Positions 58,035-64,000 of a stretch of 64,000 nucleotides of DNA are shown piece by piece; positions within the stretch are counted from its first letter, which is position 1, and every line of letters starts with the position of its first letter. The stretch covers positions 19,001 through 83,000 of the forward strand of contig BJHS01000008.1 in NCBI GenBank assembly GCA_014193315.1. The letters are read 5' to 3'. Source of the stretch: Verrucomicrobiota bacterium (lineage in GTDB: Bacteria; Verrucomicrobiota; Verrucomicrobiia; Opitutales; UBA953). Under the pieces are notes generated by a model, which saw nothing but the letters and a program-made list of their open reading frames with translations, had not been told where the DNA came from and searched no databases. A program made the translations under genes and the position numbers.

Positions 58035-60524
58035 ATGTACTCTGACAAGGAAAAGCTCACGACCGCCAACATCACGGACATCATGCAGACGGCCTACATC
58101 GATTACTCGATGTCCGTCATCGTCTCCCGCGCCCTCCCGGACGCGCGTGACGGCCTGAAGCCCGTCCAGCGCCGCATTCTCTACGCGATGATGCGGGAAG
58201 GCCTCGTCCACAACCGTCCGTTCGACAAGTGCGCCGGCGTCGTCGGCGAAGTGCTGAAGAACTACCACCCGCACGGCGACAGCTCCGTTTACGACACGCT
58301 CGTCCGCCTCGCCCAGAACTGGGTGATGCGCTACCAGCTGATCGAGCCGCAAGGCAACTTCGGCTCCGTCGACGGCGATCCGCCCGCGGCCTACCGTTAC
58401 ACCGAGTGCCGCCTCTCCGAGGTCTCGTCCGAACTCCTCGCCGACATCGACGAGGACACGGTGGATTTCATCCCGAACTACAAGGAGTCGACCACCGAGC
58501 CGACCGTCCTCCCGTGCGCCTTGCCTCACCTGCTGATGAACGGTTCGACCGGCATCGCCGTCGGCATGACGACCAACATCCCGCCCCATAACCTGAACGA
58601 GCTCGTCGAGGCGACCTGCCTCATCATCGACAAGCCCAGCGCCACCGTCGAAGACCTAGAGAAAATCATCATCGGTCCGGACTTCCCGACTGGCGGCGTC
58701 ATCAACGGCAAGGAAGGCATCAAACAGTACCTGCGTACCGGTCGTGGTATTATTCGTGTCCGCGGCGTCGCCCACACGGAGGAGATGAAGAACGGCAAGG
58801 AGCAGATTGTCCTCACGGAGCTGCCCTATAACGTCAACCGCTCCTCCCTGGTTAAGCACATCGCCCAACTCTGCACCGACAAGGTGCTGGATGAGGTTTC
58901 CGACCTCCGCGACGAGTCCGACGAAAACACGCGCGTGGTCATCGAGCTCAAGCGCAACGAGAACCCGAAGGTAGTCATCAACAAACTCTACAAGCATACC
59001 AACTTCGAGAACTCGTTCGGCGTCATCCTGCTGGCCCTCGACAAGCGTCGCCCGAAGCAGATGAACATCCGCGAGCTGCTCGAATGCTTCGTCGAGCACC
59101 GCCGCGACGTCGTCACCCGCCGCACCCGTTTCCGCCTCCGCAAGGCCGAGGACCGCGCCCACATCCTTGAGGGCTTCAAGATCGCCCTGCGCAATCTGGA
59201 TGACTTCGTGAAGATCATCCGCGCCGCGACCAACCGTGACGAGGCCCGCGTGAAGCTGATGGCCAAGTACGGCCTCAGCGAGCGCCAGGCTGTGGCCATC
59301 CTCGACCTCCGCCTCTACCAGCTCACCGGACTGGAGCGCGACAAGATCGAGGCCGAGTACCGCGAACTGATGGCGCTCGTCGAAGAGCTCCGCAGCATCC
59401 TTTCGAGCGAGCTGAAGTTGCTCACCCTGATCAAGAAGGAGCTGCGCGACGCCGCCAAGAAGCACATCGGTCCTCGCAAGACGAAGGTCTCAGCCCAGGA
59501 AGGCGACCTCTCGATGGAGGACATCGTCGCCAACGAAGGCTGCGTGGTCACCGTTTCCCATGCGGGCTTCATCAAGCGTACGCCAGTCGCCCAGTATCGC
59601 CTCCAGAAGCGCGGAGGCAAGGGCACCAAGGGCGCCGAGCTCTCCAAGGCCGCTTCGGACGAGGACAGCGACTTCATCGAGCATCTCTTCACCGCCAACA
59701 CGCATGACCACATCCTGTTCTTCATGAACAACGGCCGCGTGTACGTGGAGAAGGTCTACGAGATCGAGGAGGCCAACCGCGCCTCGCGCGGCAAGTCGAT
59801 CGCCCGCCTGCTCGACCTCAAGGACGACGAGAAGCTGGCCGCCATGGTCTGCGTCTCGAACTTCGAGGAAGGGAAGTTCCTCATGATGTGCACCGCCAAC
59901 GGCACGATCAAGAAGACCGAGATCTCGAAGTACGCCAACTACCGCAAGGGCGGCATCATCGGCATCAACATCGAGCACGGCGACCGCCTCATCGCGGCCA
60001 AGCTGACCAACGGCGACAACGAGGTCGTGATGATCTCGCAGTCCGGCATGTCCATCCGCTTCCACGAATCCGACGTCCGCTCCATGGGCCGCGACACCAC
60101 CGGGGTCGTGGGCATGAAGCTCGACAGCGGCGACCAGGTTAAGGCGATGGAAGTCGTCGACCCGGCCTGCACGCTCCTCGTCGTCGGCATCGACGGCATC
60201 GGCAAGCGCACGCCCTTCGACGATCCCGAGACCAAGGAGCCCGTCTACCGCAAGCAGTCCCGCGGCGGCAAGGGCGTCATCGCCATCGCCACCGAGGTCG
60301 GCGTCGCCGGCGCCCTCAGCGTCCAGGAAGCCGACGAGGTCATGCTCCTCACCAAGGGCGGCCAGTCCATCCGCACCAAGGTGTCCGACATCCGCTGCAC
60401 GGCGGGACGCAACACCAAGGGCGTCCGCGTCATGCGCCTCAAGGAAGGCGAGTCCCTGCTCGGTATCTCCAAGGTCGAACGTTCGGACGAAGAGGAAGAG
60501 AACGCCGCCAAGCCGCAGGCCTGA
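58035..60524 (+). CDS. gyrA: DNA gyrase subunit A
   Basis: DGLKPVQRRILYAM, YHPHGDSSVYD, and C-terminal beta-pinwheel repeats. Confidence 0.95.
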   Translation: MYSDKEKLTTANITDIMQTAYIDYSMSVIVSRALPDARDGLKPVQRRILYAMMREGLVHNRPFDKCAGVVGEVLKNYHPHGDSSVYDTLVRLAQNWVMRYQLIEPQGNFGSVDGDPPAAYRYTECRLSEVSSELLADIDEDTVDFIPNYKESTTEPTVLPCALPHLLMNGSTGIAVGMTTNIPPHNLNELVEATCLIIDKPSATVEDLEKIIIGPDFPTGGVINGKEGIKQYLRTGRGIIRVRGVAHTEEMKNGKEQIVLTELPYNVNRSSLVKHIAQLCTDKVLDEVSDLRDESDENTRVVIELKRNENPKVVINKLYKHTNFENSFGVILLALDKRRPKQMNIRELLECFVEHRRDVVTRRTRFRLRKAEDRAHILEGFKIALRNLDDFVKIIRAATNRDEARVKLMAKYGLSERQAVAILDLRLYQLTGLERDKIEAEYRELMALVEELRSILSSELKLLTLIKKELRDAAKKHIGPRKTKVSAQEGDLSMEDIVANEGCVVTVSHAGFIKRTPVAQYRLQKRGGKGTKGAELSKAASDEDSDFIEHLFTANTHDHILFFMNNGRVYVEKVYEIEEANRASRGKSIARLLDLKDDEKLAAMVCVSNFEEGKFLMMCTANGTIKKTEISKYANYRKGGIIGINIEHGDRLIAAKLTNGDNEVVMISQSGMSIRFHESDVRSMGRDTTGVVGMKLDSGDQVKAMEVVDPACTLLVVGIDGIGKRTPFDDPETKEPVYRKQSRGGKGVIAIATEVGVAGALSVQEADEVMLLTKGGQSIRTKVSDIRCTAGRNTKGVRVMRLKEGESLLGISKVERSDEEEENAAKPQA

Positions 60525-60546
60525 GTCGGCTGACCGGCCAAGCAGA

Positions 60547-60573
60547 AGGGGCGCCTGGTGGCGCCCCTTTTTT
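60547..60573. terminator. Terminator between convergent gyrA and methyltransferase genes
   Basis: AGGGGCGCC-tggt-GGCGCCCCT followed by TTTTT. Confidence 0.65.
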
Positions 60574-60590
60574 GTGCCCTGACGGACCGC

Positions 60591-61832
60591 TTAGGCCCGT
60601 TCCAGCGCCGCGATACACTCCACGTGACGGGTCTGCGGGAAGAGGTCGAAGGGGCGGACCGAGACGACCTCCCAGCCCTTGGCGCAGAGGTACTTCACGT
60701 CGCGGGCCTGGGTGTCAGGCGCGCAGCTGACGTAGACGATGCGCCGCGGGCCGAACGCATGCAGCTGATCGAGGAAGGCTTCGTCGCAACCCTTGCGGGG
60801 CGGGTCGACGATCACGGCGGATTCATGGCCCTCGACGGGAATCTTCTTGAAGATCGATTCCGCGGAGCCGGCGATGAAGCGGCAGTTGAGGAAGTGGTTG
60901 AGCGTGGCGTTCTCGGCGGCCTTGCGGGCGGCCTCGGCGCTGACCTCGATACCGTTGACGGAATCGAAGAGGCGGGCGCCGGAAAGGGCGAAGAGGCCCG
61001 AACCGCAATAGGTGTCGACGAGGTGCTTGGCGCCGGATTCATGCGCCAGTTTGATCGCGTGCCCGACGAACTGTTCGAGGACCGAGGGGTTGTTCTGGAA
61101 GAACTCACCGGCGAGGAACTTGAGCTGGACCGCGCCGACTTTTTCCGTGACCACCTGCCGCGAGTCGGTGACCACGCCTTCCTCGCAGTCGCGGAAGAGC
61201 AGGGTGGCTCCGCGTTCGAAGCGGCCGGGGTTGGACTTGATGTCCTTACGGGAGCGGGCGTAGGCCGCATTGATCGCGTCCGTGGCGATCGGGCACTTCG
61301 GCACGTCGACGACCCGGCGGGAAGTGCCGGCGGCGAGGAAGCCGATGGGGAAGTCCGCGTGCCGCGGGGTCATGAAGTGCGGCGTGATCTTGGAGCGGTA
61401 GCCGTACTGCTTGGGCGAGGGGTGGCAGGCGTCGACCTTCGTCTTGATGCCACCGAGTCGCTCGAAGGCCTCCGCGACCTGCCGCTGCTTCCATTCGAGT
61501 TGCTGCGGGTAGGCAAGGTTTTGGTACTGGCAGCCCCCGCATTCCCCGAAGAGGTCGCAGCGCGGTTGCACGCGGTGCGGCGACGGGACGATGACGCGGA
61601 CGAGATCCCCGCGAGAGAAGTTGGCGGCGTTATGCCAGATCCGGGCGACGACCTTCTCGCCGGGGAGCGCCCCAGAGACGAAGACGACCACCCCGTCGAC
61701 GCGGGCGAGGCCTTCCCCGAGGTTGGTGATGGTCGCGATCTCGAGTTCCACCTCCTGGTGGTAGGTGAACTTCCCGGGCCGGAACTTCGAGGCGTCGGGC
61801 TTACGGGACTGGGGCGTTTCGAAATCGGACAT
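60591..61832 (-). CDS. 23S rRNA (uracil-5)-methyltransferase, RumA/RlmD family (TRAM + Fe-S + SAM MTase)
   Basis: TRAM-like ITNLGEGLARVDG, Cys cluster CDLFGECGGCQYQ, SAM motif DTYCGSGLF, DPPRKG, and catalytic YVSCAPDT. Confidence 0.8.
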   Translation of the reverse strand: MSDFETPQSRKPDASKFRPGKFTYHQEVELEIATITNLGEGLARVDGVVVFVSGALPGEKVVARIWHNAANFSRGDLVRVIVPSPHRVQPRCDLFGECGGCQYQNLAYPQQLEWKQRQVAEAFERLGGIKTKVDACHPSPKQYGYRSKITPHFMTPRHADFPIGFLAAGTSRRVVDVPKCPIATDAINAAYARSRKDIKSNPGRFERGATLLFRDCEEGVVTDSRQVVTEKVGAVQLKFLAGEFFQNNPSVLEQFVGHAIKLAHESGAKHLVDTYCGSGLFALSGARLFDSVNGIEVSAEAARKAAENATLNHFLNCRFIAGSAESIFKKIPVEGHESAVIVDPPRKGCDEAFLDQLHAFGPRRIVYVSCAPDTQARDVKYLCAKGWEVVSVRPFDLFPQTRHVECIAALERA

Positions 61833-61921
61833 GCCAACAAAGTCCGCCTCCACTCGCCGAGGTCGAGACTTATCCCCCGCTTCGGGGGCCGTGGACGGCT
61901 TTCCTTGCCCTCTGGCGGCTC

Positions 61922-62749
61922 TTGGTCCTCACTTCCGCCGTGTCCGAAGAGGTCATCCAGAGCCGACAAAATCCCCGTGTGCAGGCGTTGGCCCGCCTGC
62001 GGGACCGCGCCGAGCGCGATGCCCGGCAGCGGTTCTTGGTCGAAGGGTTCCGGGAACTGGCCCGCGCCTTGGAACGAGTGGTGAAGGTCGAGGAGGTCTA
62101 TTTCTGTCCGTCCATGTTCCGTGGCTCTGAGGCCGCCGAGCTGGTCAGCCGCGCCCGCGCCTCGGGGATTCCTTGCTGCGAGTTGGGCGTCTCGGCCTTT
62201 GAGAAGGTCACCGCTCGGGAGGGTCCCGATGGCCTGCTCGGGGTCGCCTACACCTGGGACTGCTCCCTGGAGCACCTGAAACTCTCCGCCGCCCCGCTCT
62301 TGCTGGTCGCTGAATCAGTCGAGAAACCTGGCAACCTCGGGGCCCTGTTGAGGACGGCGGATTCCGCGGGTTGCGATGCCTTGGTCATCTGCGACCCGAT
62401 CACCGACCCCTTCAACCCGAACGTGGTGCGGTCCTCGCAGGGGGCGCTTTTCTCCGTGCCGGTGGCCGTGTGCTCCTCCGCGGAAGTCGTCGACTGGATG
62501 AAGGCCCAGGGCATCCGCTCCCTGGCGACCTCGCCGGCGGCCACGAAGACCTTCTGGGACGTCGATTGCCGGGGACCCAGCGCCCTCCTGCTCGGTTCGG
62601 AGAAGGAGGGCTTGAGCGACTTCCTGCTCGGCGCCGCCGCGGAGAAGATTTCCATCCCGCAGGCCGGTCTGTCGGATTCGCTGAATGTCTCGATGGCGGC
62701 GGGGGTCGTGTTGTTTGAGGCCGTTCGGCAGCGGCGGAATAATCCATGA
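61922..62749 (+). CDS. TrmH/SpoU-family RNA 2'-O-methyltransferase
   Basis: NPRVQALARL substrate-binding N-domain. SpoU motifs LLLGSEKEGLS and IPQAGLSDSLNVSMAAGVVLFE. The start is uncertain (TTG at 61922 or GTG at 61940). Confidence 0.75.
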   Translation: MVLTSAVSEEVIQSRQNPRVQALARLRDRAERDARQRFLVEGFRELARALERVVKVEEVYFCPSMFRGSEAAELVSRARASGIPCCELGVSAFEKVTAREGPDGLLGVAYTWDCSLEHLKLSAAPLLLVAESVEKPGNLGALLRTADSAGCDALVICDPITDPFNPNVVRSSQGALFSVPVAVCSSAEVVDWMKAQGIRSLATSPAATKTFWDVDCRGPSALLLGSEKEGLSDFLLGAAAEKISIPQAGLSDSLNVSMAAGVVLFEAVRQRRNNP

Positions 62750-62943
62750 GTCTCCGGTATCTAGGCGCTGCCATGGCCTGTTTTCTTGCGGCCAAGGGCT
62801 GCTATGAGCTCTTCCATCTCCTCGGTAGCCACGTCGACGACCAAGGCCGGCTGCATGAGCCCTTCGGCCTGATTCCCTTGGGTTGGCTGTTCCTCTTTGC
62901 GGGCGCCGTCCTATTCGTACTGTCCTGGGTGCACCGAAATTAG
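62746..62943 (+). CDS. Small two-TM membrane protein
   Basis: 65 aa with two hydrophobic helices. ATGA overlap with the trmH-family stop. Confidence 0.45.
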   Translation: MSLRYLGAAMACFLAAKGCYELFHLLGSHVDDQGRLHEPFGLIPLGWLFLFAGAVLFVLSWVHRN

Positions 62944-62972
62944 TAAGGCCGGGCGAGGGCCCCGACCTTACT
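62942..62972. terminator. GC-rich hairpin between convergent genes
   Basis: AGTAAGG...CCTTACT outer stem with a GC-rich inner stem. No clear T-tract. Confidence 0.3.
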
Positions 62973-62991
62973 TCAAGGACTGACCTGTCTA

Positions 62992-63945
62992 TTAGCCGAT
63001 GGCCTTGGCCACCAAGTCATCGAGCTTCTTGCCGTCTACCGCGAAGGCGCGGATGCCTTCGGCCGTCTTTTCGGTGGCCATGGCGTCCTCGTTGTGGTGC
63101 CAGCGGAATTCCTTCTCGCCCCACGCCTTGGCGGCCTCGCCCTCGGCCTTGGCGGCGGTCTCGTCGAGAACCTTCGGCACGGCGGACGAGTCCTTGGAGA
63201 GCTCATCGAGCAAGTTCGGGGCGATGGTCAGGAGGTCGCAACCGCAGAGGGCCTTGATCTGGCCGCAATTTCGGAAGGAGGCGCCCATGACCTCGGTCTT
63301 GATCCCGTGGCGCTTGTAGTAGGCGAAGATGCGGCGGACCGACTGGACGCCTGGGTCGTTGGCGCCGGAGGAGGCGGCTTCGTTCCAGTTGGCACCCTGG
63401 GCCTTTTTGTGCCAGTCGTAGATGCGGCCGACGAAGGGGGAGATGAGCTGGACCTTGGCATCGGCGCAGGCGACGGCTTGGGCGAAGGAGAAGAGGAGGG
63501 TCAGGTTGCAACGGATGCCTTCCTTCTCGAGTTCAGCGGCGGCCTGGATGCCTTCCCAGGTGGAGGCCATCTTGACGAGGATGCGCTCCTTGGGGATGCC
63601 GGCGGCCTTGTAGAGGGCGATCAGTTCGCGCGCCTTGGCCACGGTGGCGGTCGTGTCGAAGGACAGGCGGGCGTCGACTTCGGTGGAGACGCGGCCCGGG
63701 ACGATCTTGAGGATCTCGGTGCCGAAGGAGATGAGCAGCGCGTCGACGGCGGCCTGGACTCCCTTGCTCTGGTTGTCCTGGGCGGCCTTCTGGAGGAGCG
63801 CCTGGTACTCGGGCATCTGGACGGCCTTGAGGATGAGGCTCGGGTTGGTGGTGGCATCCAGCGGCTTGAAGGCCTTCATGGCGGCGAAATCGCCGGTGTC
63901 GGCGACGACCTTGGTGTGCTGGCGGAGTTGCTCGAGTGCGTTCAT
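62992..63945 (-). CDS. tal: Transaldolase (class I, TalB-like)
   Basis: [30 protein letters not shown], and Schiff-base Lys context [12 protein letters not shown]. Confidence 0.9.
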   Translation of the reverse strand: MNALEQLRQHTKVVADTGDFAAMKAFKPLDATTNPSLILKAVQMPEYQALLQKAAQDNQSKGVQAAVDALLISFGTEILKIVPGRVSTEVDARLSFDTTATVAKARELIALYKAAGIPKERILVKMASTWEGIQAAAELEKEGIRCNLTLLFSFAQAVACADAKVQLISPFVGRIYDWHKKAQGANWNEAASSGANDPGVQSVRRIFAYYKRHGIKTEVMGASFRNCGQIKALCGCDLLTIAPNLLDELSKDSSAVPKVLDETAAKAEGEAAKAWGEKEFRWHHNEDAMATEKTAEGIRAFAVDGKKLDDLVAKAIG

Positions 63946-64000
63946 AGAGGAAGGGATCACCAGCGTGGGAAAAGGGGGTGCCTTGTCCAGCCCGAGTGCG

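Overview
GC-rich (about two-thirds G+C by eye, not computed) bacterial chromosomal segment. I count about 58 protein genes and 3 tRNAs. There is no rRNA, no CRISPR array and no intact transposase or integrase. A PVC-type heme-binding CxxCH protein, many secreted glycan-active enzymes and G-poor leaders without Shine-Dalgarno (SD) sequences suggest a Verrucomicrobiota/PVC organism; this is inference only. Most of the window is housekeeping: pyrE, yidC, yebC, eno, ogg, hup, rplY-pth-rpsF-ssb-rplI, dnaB, bamA-skp-lpxD, prs, bcp, gyrB-gyrA, two RNA methyltransferases and tal. The accessory-looking blocks are:
(i) 11.2-19.9 kb: a Bacteroides-type sialic-acid locus with N-acylglucosamine 2-epimerase (AGE), O-acetylesterase, sialidase, NanA lyase, MFS transporter and two NanM-like Kelch proteins.
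(ii) 21.8-27.1 kb: a 1203-aa AsmA-like protein translationally coupled to a FecCD/BtuD-type ABC permease and ATPase, with no substrate-binding protein (SBP) gene.
(iii) 27.1-29.5 kb: a terminator-bracketed pair, a MerR-like HTH protein plus a cytoplasmic VWA/MIDAS protein, with an abrupt AT-rich junction.
(iv) 29.6-33.5 kb: two tandem ammonium transporters, each behind a sigma54-type -24/-12 motif exactly 15 nt from its ATG, plus a divergent beta-barrel protein.
(v) 34.5-36.1 kb: small orphan genes beside tRNA-Leu.
(vi) 52.0-55.1 kb: a fabZ-fabI-KASIII(OleA-like)-haloalkane-dehalogenase-like(OleB-like) operon.
The best candidates for undescribed biology are (ii), (iii) and (vi). Other notable signals are 11-nt-phased GTGAAY repeats upstream of dnaB and gyrB, and an untracked 39-aa highly basic ORF. 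All family calls come from motif recognition by eye. No database or HMM search was possible, and non-ORF coordinates were checked only against ORF-track anchors.
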